Source of the DNA: an uncultured delta proteobacterium
GTDB taxonomy: Bacteria; Myxococcota; Myxococcia; Myxococcales; Myxococcaceae
DNA: 64,000 nucleotides
Direction of reading: 5' to 3'
Assembly (NCBI GenBank): GCA_963771175.1
Contig: CAVYSY010000040.1
Location: 160,001-224,000, forward strand
The translations under genes were made by a program, and so were the position numbers. Below, piece by piece: positions 9,968 through 19,918 of the stretch. Under the pieces are notes generated by a model. It saw only the letters and a list, made by a program, of their open reading frames with translations, had not been told where the DNA came from and searched no databases. The stretch's first letter is position 1, and each line of letters opens with the position of its first letter.

Positions 9968-10120
9968 TCACTTGTCCAGGCACTCGGAGATGGCGTTACG
10001 CATCAGCGTGTGCGCCTCCCGGTGTCCGGGCGTCGTGAAGAGCAGATCCATCAGGAACTGGAACTCCTTCCGGCCCAGCCCGTAGAGCTGTGCCATGAGG
10101 GCGTTGATCTTCGCAGCGCG
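9968..10120 (-). pseudogene. Possible 3' remnant of a type IIG/Eco57I-like restriction-modification gene
   Basis: Encodes AKINALMAQLYGLGRKEFQFLMDLLF, resembling the 'IDALVAHLYGLTxxEF' tail of such enzymes; no upstream gene body. Confidence 0.4.
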
Positions 10121-10224
10121 GGGCCCCGGACCACTGAACGCCCGCTCACCTGTCGGGCACACACGGGGTTGAGTCGGGCGTTATGCGTGATAGGTAGGCC
10201 CGCCCTCGTTTGTTGGGACGGACA

Positions 10225-11529
10225 ATGCCCCGCCTTGCCCCATTGCTGACCTGCCTGCTTGGCCTGCTGCTGTTGGCCGCGACTCCGGCCCGCGCCCAAG
10301 ACCTGCCTCCCTGGGGGACGGGCGAGAGCAAGGGCGAGGACCTCTCCATCTACCTGGTGACCTTCGGGCCCGGCGACGATGTGGCCTCGTGGTGGGGGCA
10401 CGGCTCGCTGGTGGTGGAGGACCGGCGGCTGCAGCGCTCGCGCCTCTACAACTATGGGATGTTCTCCTTCGACGAGCGCATGCTGGCGCGCTACGCGATG
10501 GGGCGGCTCGAGTTCTGGGTGGACGACGCGAGCCCCTCGGCGACGTTCCGCTTCTACCGGTCGTTGGATCGGGACGTGCGGCTGCAGGAGCTGAACCTGT
10601 CGTCGGCGCAGAAGGTGGAGATGGGTCGGCTGCTGGCGGAGAACGTGCTGCCGGAGAACCGCAACTACCTCTACCAGCACTACGACGACAACTGCGTGAC
10701 GCGGCTGCGCGACGGCATCGACAAGGTGCTGGGCGGGCAGCTCCACCAGGCGATGAGCGGCCCCGGGCGGATGACGTTGCGCGAGCACACGCGCCGCTAC
10801 ACGTCCGTCGGCCCGGGCATGAGCCTGCTGCTCGACTTCCTGATGAACGACGAGATCGACCGGCCCGTCTCCCGCTGGCAGGAGGCGTTCCTCCCGGACG
10901 AGCTGGAGCGGCAGGTGGCGGAGATGCAGATGGTGGGCGAGGACGGGCAGAAGCACCCGCTGGTGGCGAAGACCACCGTCCTCTACGCGGCGCAGGGCCG
11001 CCCGGCCACTCCCGCCGAGCCCCCGAAGTACGGGCCGGTGCTGCTCTTCTTCGGCCTGGCGCTCGGCGGGGCCGCGGTGGGCCTATCGCTGTGGGGCCGG
11101 CGGAGCGGTGCCCGGGCTCCTCGCATCCTGCTCGGCTTGCAGAACGTGCTGATGGGGCTGGTGTTCGGAATTCCGGGTCTGGCGCTGTTCATCATGTGGC
11201 TGGGAACGGAGCACACGGTGACGTGGCGCAACGAGAACCTCTTCCTGGCCAACCCGTTCACGGTGCTGGCGGTGCCGCTGGGCCTCCAGATGATGTTCGG
11301 CTCGACGAAGGCGCGCGATCGGCTGCGGCGCCTGTGGTGGAGGCTGGCGTTGCTGGGCGAGCTGGGGCTGGTGCTGAAGGTGCTGCCCATGTTCGACCAG
11401 GACAACTGGCGCCTCATCGCCTTCATCCTGCCCATCTCGGTGGGCATGGCGGCGGCGCTGAAGCTGGCCTGTGCTCCGGCGACGGGCCCGGCCTCGGAGT
11501 CACTGACTTCTTCCCTGAAGGCTTCCTGA
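10225..11529 (+). CDS. DUF4105 / Lnb-like membrane protein (candidate lipoprotein N-acyltransferase)
   Basis: Signal peptide, LVTFGPG..WGHGSL, YNYGMFSF, Y.Y.HYDDNCVTRLRD, FLP..L, and C-terminal TM helices. Confidence 0.75.
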   Translation: MPRLAPLLTCLLGLLLLAATPARAQDLPPWGTGESKGEDLSIYLVTFGPGDDVASWWGHGSLVVEDRRLQRSRLYNYGMFSFDERMLARYAMGRLEFWVDDASPSATFRFYRSLDRDVRLQELNLSSAQKVEMGRLLAENVLPENRNYLYQHYDDNCVTRLRDGIDKVLGGQLHQAMSGPGRMTLREHTRRYTSVGPGMSLLLDFLMNDEIDRPVSRWQEAFLPDELERQVAEMQMVGEDGQKHPLVAKTTVLYAAQGRPATPAEPPKYGPVLLFFGLALGGAAVGLSLWGRRSGARAPRILLGLQNVLMGLVFGIPGLALFIMWLGTEHTVTWRNENLFLANPFTVLAVPLGLQMMFGSTKARDRLRRLWWRLALLGELGLVLKVLPMFDQDNWRLIAFILPISVGMAAALKLACAPATGPASESLTSSLKAS

Positions 11530-11586
11530 AATAGAAGATTCGGCAATCGCGCGCGGGGTCCCCTCGCGCGCACACTGAGGACATCC

Positions 11587-12706
11587 ATGGCGAACGATTC
11601 GACGGAGAAGATCAACGGCCTGCGGGAGCGCCTCCTGGCGCTCCGGGGGTCTCTTTGACGTCGACCGCAAGAGGACCCGCATCGCGCTGATCGAGCGCGA
11701 GTCCACGCTGCCCGACTTCTGGAACGACAACGTCAAGGCGCAGGCGATGCTGAAGGAGAAGACCACGCTGGAGTCGAGCGTGGGCGCCTTCGAGAAGACG
11801 CAGCGGGGCCTCGACGACGCCAAGGCGCTCTTCGAGCTGGCGGCCGAGGCCAACGACGAGGACAGCGCGAAGGAGGCCGAGGCGTCGCTACCACGCTCGA
11901 GTCGGACGTCGCGAAGCTCGAGCTGGAGCGGATGCTCTCGGGCGAGCAGGACCGGTCCAACTGCTTCATCGACATCAACGCGGGCGCCGGCGGCACCGAG
12001 TCGATGGACTGGGCCTCGATGCTCTTGCGCATGTACACGCGCTACTGCGAGCGCAAGGGCTGGAAGGTCGAGATCAACGACCAGCAGGACGGGCGAAGAG
12101 GCGGGCATCAAGAACGCCTCGCTGCGCATCGAGGGCGAGTTCGCCTACGGCTACATGAAGGCCGAGATGGGCGTGCACCGGCTGGTGCGCATCAGCCCCT
12201 TCGACGCCAACGCGCGCCGGCACACCACCTTCGCCTCGGTCGACGTGTACCCGGAGGTCGACGACACCATCAAGATCGACATCCCGGAGAAGGACTACGA
12301 GCTGAAGTTCATCCGCGGCGGTGGCGCGGGCGGCCAGAAGGTCAACAAGACCAGCTCGACGGCGCAGCTGCGCCACCTGCCCACCAACATCGTCATCACC
12401 TGCCAGACCGAGCGCTCGCAGAGCGCCAACAAGGACATGGCCTTCAAGATCCTCCGGGCCCGCCTCTACGAGCTCGAGCTCAAGAAGCGCGAGGCGGAGC
12501 AGGCCGCCGCCGAGGCGCAGAAGAAGGACATCTCCTTCGGCTCGCAGATTCGCAGCTACGTGCTCGCGCCGTACCGGATGGTGAAGGACCTGCGCACCGG
12601 CGTGGAGACGGGCAACGTCGACAAGGTGCTCGACGGAGAGCTCGAGGAGTTCATCACCGCCCAGCTCATGGGCGTGAAGAACCCCAACCGCAACGCCCCC
12701 GAATAG
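11587..12706 (+). CDS. prfB: Peptide chain release factor 2 with a programmed +1 frameshift at 11653-11658; two further compensating indels (~11890, ~12090) are probably errors
   Basis: ATG 11587..LRGSL-TGA; the +1 frame continues DVDRKR..PDFWND; SPF and GGQ motifs; [10 protein letters not shown] lies in a shifted frame. Confidence 0.95.
11644..11659 (+). promoter_or_regulatory. RF2 programmed frameshift site (CGGGGG TCT CTT TGA C)
   Basis: Internal SD-like G run 3 nt before the canonical CTTTGAC. Confidence 0.92.
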
Positions 12707-12721
12707 CCCGGAAAATGGGCG

Positions 12722-12749
12722 GGAACCTTTCCGCGACCCGGTTGTCCAA
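12722..12749 (+). promoter_or_regulatory. Putative ECF sigma-dependent promoter GGAACC-N16-GTCCAA
   Basis: ECF-type -35/-10 elements directly upstream of an ECF sigma gene. Confidence 0.55.
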
Positions 12750-12821
12750 GGTCGCGGAACGGGGAGCGGTGGGGTGGGGTAGGATGGAATCGCGCGGTAC
12801 AGGCCGCGCGGGAGGTCACCG

Positions 12822-13457
12822 GTGTCTTCGAGCGGGGTGCTCGGGATGGAGCTGGAGGGGACGTCGGTGACCGGCGAGTCCGACGCGGCGGCGCGCGAGG
12901 AGCGGTTGTTGCTCGCGCGGCTGCGGCGAGGCGAGCCGGGGGCCTTCGAGGAGCTGGTGCGGGCGCACCAGGACCGGCTCTACGACTTCTGCGTGCGGAT
13001 GGTGGGGGATCGGGAGGAGGCGAACGATCTGGTGCAGGACATCTTCGTGAGCGCCCACCAGAACCTCACGAAGTTCCGCGAGGACGCGAAGCTGTCCACG
13101 TGGTTGTTCCGGATTGGAAAGAACCACTGCATCAACCGGCTGAAGTACCTGAAGCGGCGGGGCAGGGGGCGGTCGGAGGAGTACGGGGAGCAGAACGAGG
13201 GGGCGCTGGCGGAGCTGTTGGGCTCGCCGCCGGGGCCGGACGCGGCGTTGGATGCGGCGCGGGAGCAGGCGCGGGTCCAGTGGGCCATCTCGCAGCTCGA
13301 GGCGGACGCGCGGATGCTGGTGGCGCTGCGGGACATCGAGGGGCTGTCCTACGAGGAGATCGTCGACATCACCGAGCTGCCGTTGGGAACCGTGAAGAGT
13401 CGGCTCCACCGGGCGCGGGAGAAGCTGGCGAATCTCCTGGGGCGGCTTGAGGAATGA
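12822..13457 (+). CDS. ECF RNA polymerase sigma factor
   Basis: [41 protein letters not shown]. Confidence 0.92.
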   Translation: MSSSGVLGMELEGTSVTGESDAAAREERLLLARLRRGEPGAFEELVRAHQDRLYDFCVRMVGDREEANDLVQDIFVSAHQNLTKFREDAKLSTWLFRIGKNHCINRLKYLKRRGRGRSEEYGEQNEGALAELLGSPPGPDAALDAAREQARVQWAISQLEADARMLVALRDIEGLSYEEIVDITELPLGTVKSRLHRAREKLANLLGRLEE

Positions 13458-13483
13458 ACGGTTTTCAGCGGAGACTCCGGGAC

Positions 13484-13837
13484 ATGCCAGCACAGCTCAG
13501 CCACCGCGAGACCAAGGCTCTGTTCATCGCCCTCGCCGACGAGGAGCTTCCGGCCGAGAAGGCCGACGCCGTGCGGTCGCACCTGGACGGGTGCGGCGAG
13601 TGCCAGCGGGGCTGGCAGAGCTACTCGAGTACCGTGCTGCGGCTGCGCAAGGTGGAGAAGCAGAAGGCCCCGCCGGCGCTCGCCTCGATGGTGATGACGC
13701 GGGTGAAGCGGCAGCGGCGCTTCGGGCTGAAGAAGCTGCACATGATGCACGCGCAGTACCGCTTGCCGGTGGAGATCCTCATTCCGCTGCTCATCGCGGC
13801 GGCGGTGGGGGCCTTCCTCATCATGTCCGCGCCCTGA
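13484..13837 (+). CDS. Zinc-binding (zf-HC2) membrane anti-sigma factor
   Basis: HLDGCGEC (HxxxCxxC) and a C-terminal TM helix; directly follows the sigma gene (alternative ATG 13454). Confidence 0.85.
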   Translation: MPAQLSHRETKALFIALADEELPAEKADAVRSHLDGCGECQRGWQSYSSTVLRLRKVEKQKAPPALASMVMTRVKRQRRFGLKKLHMMHAQYRLPVEILIPLLIAAAVGAFLIMSAP

Positions 13838-13849
13838 GGCGCGAGGCCA

Positions 13850-14737
13850 TCAGTCGAGAGGCAGGCTGCACAGCCAGCGATTGTGGTCAGGAGCCTCGGT
13901 GCACTTCAGGCCTGGGCCACACGTATCGGGCGTATCGGGCCTGCACGGTTTCCGGCAGGCGCCGAAGTCGCAGAGGGAGCCGGTGGGGCAGGGGGTGTTC
14001 TCGTCACAAGGAGTGATGCACTCCATCCAGACGGCCCCTCGATCGCCGGATGAGGTCATCTTGACGCAGCGCTGGCCCTCGGCGCACGCACGCTCCTGAC
14101 AGTCGTGTCCCCGGACCTTCGCGCATGTGGAGAGGCCCGAGTTGAACCGGACGCATTGCCGCCCCTCTTGGCAGCCCTGGCCTTCGCATGTGGGAAGACA
14201 CGAGATTCCGTTGGGCCCTTTTCCACAGAAGAATCCCTCGGGGCAGCTCGAAGGTTCCTCCATGAGGCAAGGTCGACCGCAGTAGACGTTGCAGACGAGC
14301 CCCCGCGCGCAGACATCCACCCGGGCGCTCGAACGTTCGATGCAGGGTTCCCCTTCTCTGGCCGTGCCTTCGAGTACACAGCGGCGCAGCAAGGGAGTGC
14401 CTCCCAGCGGTTGCAGCGTCTCGCAGGTGAAGCCTTCGGGGCACTGCAGGTTCGTCATGCAGTTGCTGGCGAGGCAGAGGCTCTCGCCTCCGGTGATGGG
14501 ACTCAGGCAGCCCAGAGGCGGAGCGCAATCTCCGGGTTCCTGGCAGCGACGCCCATAGGTCAGGAACTGGCGGCGCTCGAGGTCGGAAAGCATGGGGCTG
14601 ACCTCCGGGGCATCAGGAGCCTGGGTCCCGCGCTGTCCGTTCAACGCAAGTCTTCCGGTGAAGACGAGCGGCAGCACCAGGAGCAGTCCGGCGGCGATGC
14701 CGAATGCTGTGCGCCCCTTTTTCAAGGGCACCTCCAT
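13850..14737 (-). CDS. Membrane-anchored cysteine-rich repeat protein (32 Cys, eight 4-Cys modules)
   Basis: N-terminal TM helix, then repeated C..C-x5-C..C units. Confidence 0.8.
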   Translation of the reverse strand: MEVPLKKGRTAFGIAAGLLLVLPLVFTGRLALNGQRGTQAPDAPEVSPMLSDLERRQFLTYGRRCQEPGDCAPPLGCLSPITGGESLCLASNCMTNLQCPEGFTCETLQPLGGTPLLRRCVLEGTAREGEPCIERSSARVDVCARGLVCNVYCGRPCLMEEPSSCPEGFFCGKGPNGISCLPTCEGQGCQEGRQCVRFNSGLSTCAKVRGHDCQERACAEGQRCVKMTSSGDRGAVWMECITPCDENTPCPTGSLCDFGACRKPCRPDTPDTCGPGLKCTEAPDHNRWLCSLPLD

Positions 14738-14940
14738 CGGCAGGTCTCGCGGTCACCCGGATCCGTGCACGACCACACCTGCAACTCGCCGTCCTTGCAC
14801 CGTTGATGCTCCTCAAGCTCATCCTGGATGTCCTGCCGGATGGCCTTATCCATCTTGCCGTCGATTCCGTAGGTCTCCGGGCATCCCGTCCCAACGGTGA
14901 GCAGCAGCAATGAGGATGCGAGCGCAACACGTCCAGGCAT
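14722..14940 (-). CDS. Small putative lipoprotein, 72 aa
   Basis: GAGGGGGG SD; signal peptide ending VGTG-C; four further Cys; stop overlaps the start of the Cys-rich gene. Confidence 0.7.
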   Translation of the reverse strand: MPGRVALASSLLLLTVGTGCPETYGIDGKMDKAIRQDIQDELEEHQRCKDGELQVWSCTDPGDRETCRWRCP

Positions 14941-15216
14941 CAGCCCCCCTCTCGTTTCCCTTGCCATGGGAATGTTAGCACCACCGCTTGCCCTGACCGT
15001 GCCCCGAGTTCATGGGGCGTTACTTGAGAGGTCAGGTCGATACGCATAACCTCCGCGCCCATGCTCGGCATGAGGGGCTTGCTCTCCCGAAGAGACTGCG
15101 GGCACAGGTCACGTCCGTCCGCCCCGGTCCGCGCCCGCTCGGGAACATCCCCCGTACCCATTCGTTGCGTCCCGGGGTTGGCTTGGCTACGGTGCCGCGC
15201 CCCTACGGGATGCCCC

Positions 15217-16761
<1,545 letters not shown>

Positions 16762-16773
16762 GCAGGAACCCTC

Positions 16774-19158
16774 GTGAACGCCGAACGGCAGACCGTCTAC
16801 CGCTGGAGCCTCATCTGGAGCGGCGCCCTCGTGGCGCTGGTGGGCGCCGTGCTGCTCGGCGTGGCCATCACCCAATCGGACGCCTGGGAGCGGGTGGCCG
16901 GGATGTTGGGCCTGTCCGCGCTCGGCTGGGGAGCGCTCATCCAGACGCTCCAGTCGCTGGGGCTGTCGGCGCTGCAATCCACCGCCCTGCGCTCCTCGGT
17001 GCAGGTCGTCGGGACGCAGTACCTGTTGCTCGGCGCGGCGGCGTGGGTGGTGGGCTGGGCGGTCATCGCCTCGGGTATCCGGCGCGCTCCGGCCTCCACC
17101 GAGGGTCCGAGCCCGGCCGCCGGGGCGACGCTGTACCCCCGGCTGGCGCAGTACCGTGACTTCTACTGGAGCACCCTGGGCGCCTACGGCGGCGGCATCC
17201 TGCTCGCGGAGTTGGTGCTCATCCTCCTGCAGACGTTCCTGTCCAGTGGCGGGGGGTCGGGCGCGGGAGGGGAGGGCGGTGGGCTGCCTCCGACGGGGGC
17301 CTTCGCCGTCTCGCTGATTGTTTCGTCGCTCGTGGCCTTCGGGAGCGGCTTCGTGGGGGCCTCGCGCGCGCGGCGGCTGGCCATGCCCGAGGCCACCATC
17401 GGCGTCATCTACTTCGGCCTGCCCGTCCCCGTGCTGCTGACGCTGGTGGAGCAGGTGCCGGACCTGCAGGTGTCGCTGGGCTACCGGCTGCGCGAGGTGA
17501 CGTATGTAGCGGAGCTGCTCGGTCGCCCGGTGGTGGGCTACTGGCTCGTCTTCTCGCTGCTGGTGCTGATGCTGGTGCTGGGCCTCAACACCGGCTTCAT
17601 CGCCGCGGGCAGCGGGCGGCTGGACCTGAAGCTGCGCTTCGAGCTGTTCGTCGCCCGCCGCCATGTGGGCGTGTTCCGCCCCTCGCTGCTGCTGGGCACG
17701 CTGGCGGTGCTCATGTTCGGCATCGTCCCGCCGCTCATCGTCTACGGAATCATCCGCGCGGTGGAGGCGGCGGTGGAGCGCACCCGCATCCGCACCCTGG
17801 GCCTGCAGGACCCGCTCGCCGCCGCGTCCGCGCTCAACCGCCTCAAGCTGCGCGAGCAGTCGCCCACCATGATGATGACCGCGCTGTCGGTGGGTGGCGT
17901 GGGCGTGGGCGTGATGGCGCTCATCATCGTGCTGTCGGTGATGAGCGGCTTCGAGGAGGACCTGCAGAAGAAGATCCTCGGTGCCCACTCGCACGTGGTG
18001 GTGTCCAAGTACGCGGGCCACCTGCCCGAGTACAAGCGGCTGATGGAGCAGATCTCCAAGGTGCCCGGCGTGGTGGGGCAGACGCCCTCCATCGACAACC
18101 CGGTGATGGTGCTCGCCGAGGGCGACGAGGTGCAGGGCATCGTCCTCAAGGGGATCGACCCGGGCACCGTGGGCTCGGTGCTGGACCTGCGCAAGAACAT
18201 GCTGCCCGGGGGCGAGCTGGACCACCTGACGACCCCCGAGAAGATCGTCCCCCGGCGCGCGTTCGGCGGTTTCGGCAACCCGTCCTCCCAGCAGGAAGAG
18301 GAAGAGGAGCTGGAGTCCGAGGACCCCATCATCGGCAAGAGCACGAAGAGCGCCCAGCCGAAGGTGCTGCCCGGCATCATCCTCGGCCGGGAGCTGGCCA
18401 CCATCATGCGTGTGGTGGTGGGAGACCGGGTCAACGTCATCTCCCCGCAGGGCGCCGAGCTGGGCCCCGCTGGCCTCATCCCCAAGAGCCGCGCCTTCCG
18501 CGTGGCGGGCATCTTCTACTCGGGCATGTACGAGTACGACGCCAAGTTCGCCTACATCCTGCTCGACGAGGCGCAGAAGCTCTTCAGCGCCGATGGCCCC
18601 AGCGGCATCGAGCTGAAGGTGGCGGACGTGGATGACGCCCGGCGCATCGCCTCGCTCGTCTCGCGCGAGCTGGGCGGCTACCCCTACCGCGCGCGCGACT
18701 GGGGCGAAATCCACCGGAACATCTTCTCCGCGCTGCGACTGGAGAAGCTGGTGATGGGCATCATCCTCTCCATCATCATCGTGGTCGCCGCCGGCCTCAT
18801 CGTCGCCACCGTCATCATGCTCGTGCTGGAGAAGCGCAAGGAGATCGCCGTCCTCAAGGCGCTCGGCGTGTCCGACGGAGGCATCGTGAAGATCTTCCTC
18901 GCCGAGGGCCTCCAGATTGGCGTGGCCGGCGGCGTGCTGGGCCTTTTCTCCGGTCTGGCCTGGTGCCTCTTCATCGAGCGGGTGGGCATCAAGCTCGATC
19001 CGTCCGTCTATTACATCCCCGCGCTGCCGGTGAAGATCGAGCCGTTGCAGACCGCGCTCGCGGTGGTCATCGCGGTACTCGTTACCTACCTGGCGTCCAT
19101 CTATCCCGCGCTCAAGGCGAGCAGCGTGGAGCCGGTGGAAGGCCTGAAGGCGGAGTGA
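16774..19158 (+). CDS. LolC/E-family lipoprotein-releasing ABC permease with a long N-terminal membrane extension
   Basis: GVMALIIVLSVMSGFE, VAGIFYSGMYEYD, EKRKEIAVLKALG, IYPALKAS; precedes lolD and bamA. Confidence 0.88.
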   Translation: MNAERQTVYRWSLIWSGALVALVGAVLLGVAITQSDAWERVAGMLGLSALGWGALIQTLQSLGLSALQSTALRSSVQVVGTQYLLLGAAAWVVGWAVIASGIRRAPASTEGPSPAAGATLYPRLAQYRDFYWSTLGAYGGGILLAELVLILLQTFLSSGGGSGAGGEGGGLPPTGAFAVSLIVSSLVAFGSGFVGASRARRLAMPEATIGVIYFGLPVPVLLTLVEQVPDLQVSLGYRLREVTYVAELLGRPVVGYWLVFSLLVLMLVLGLNTGFIAAGSGRLDLKLRFELFVARRHVGVFRPSLLLGTLAVLMFGIVPPLIVYGIIRAVEAAVERTRIRTLGLQDPLAAASALNRLKLREQSPTMMMTALSVGGVGVGVMALIIVLSVMSGFEEDLQKKILGAHSHVVVSKYAGHLPEYKRLMEQISKVPGVVGQTPSIDNPVMVLAEGDEVQGIVLKGIDPGTVGSVLDLRKNMLPGGELDHLTTPEKIVPRRAFGGFGNPSSQQEEEEELESEDPIIGKSTKSAQPKVLPGIILGRELATIMRVVVGDRVNVISPQGAELGPAGLIPKSRAFRVAGIFYSGMYEYDAKFAYILLDEAQKLFSADGPSGIELKVADVDDARRIASLVSRELGGYPYRARDWGEIHRNIFSALRLEKLVMGIILSIIIVVAAGLIVATVIMLVLEKRKEIAVLKALGVSDGGIVKIFLAEGLQIGVAGGVLGLFSGLAWCLFIERVGIKLDPSVYYIPALPVKIEPLQTALAVVIAVLVTYLASIYPALKASSVEPVEGLKAE

Positions 19159-19163
19159 GGACG

Positions 19164-19838
19164 ATGTCGCTGCTCTCCATCCGCAACGTCTTCAAGAGTT
19201 ATTTCCTGCACGGCAAGCGCATCGACGTGCTGCGCGGCGTGTCCCTGGACATCGAGAAGGGCGAGCTGGTGAGTCTCATCGGCGCGTCCGGGGCGGGGAA
19301 GAGCACCTTCCTGCACGTGCTGGGCACGCTGGACATGCCGGCCGCGGGCGAGCTCCTCTTCGAGGGTCGCCCCGTCTTCTCCATGAACGACGCGGAGATC
19401 GCCGATTTCCGCAACCGCACCATCGGCTTCGTCTTCCAGAGCCACTACCTGCTGCCCGAGTTCACGGCCCTGGAGAACGTGGCCATGCCGGCCCTCATCC
19501 AGCGCCGGGACCGGACCGAGTCCTACGCCTACGCCCGCGAGCTGCTGGAGCGGGTGGGGCTGGGGAGCCGGGTGGAGCATCGGCCCGGGGAGCTGTCCGG
19601 TGGAGAGGCCCAGCGCGTGGCCCTGGCTCGGGCCCTGGTGCTCAAGCCGGCCGTGCTGCTCGCCGACGAGCCCACCGGCAACCTGGACCCGGCCACCGGC
19701 GAGGGCATCCACCAGCTCCTGCGCGAGGTGAACCGGGACCTGGGCATCACCGCCGTGGTGGTCACCCACAATGAGGTCCTGGCCCGCTCCATGCCCCGGC
19801 GGCTCCGATTGGTGGCCGGCCAGGTGACCGAGGCTTGA
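19164..19838 (+). CDS. lolD: Lipoprotein-releasing ABC ATPase
   Basis: GASGAGKS, LLPEFTALENVAMP, LSGGE, DEPTGNLD. Confidence 0.9.
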   Translation: MSLLSIRNVFKSYFLHGKRIDVLRGVSLDIEKGELVSLIGASGAGKSTFLHVLGTLDMPAAGELLFEGRPVFSMNDAEIADFRNRTIGFVFQSHYLLPEFTALENVAMPALIQRRDRTESYAYARELLERVGLGSRVEHRPGELSGGEAQRVALARALVLKPAVLLADEPTGNLDPATGEGIHQLLREVNRDLGITAVVVTHNEVLARSMPRRLRLVAGQVTEA

Positions 19839-19918
19839 CGCTCCTGGCCCCCTTCCGCGATTTCCCATTGAGGCCCGGCGAATTCCTCCCGTAGATTGCC
19901 CCGCCCTTCACCGGCCGA

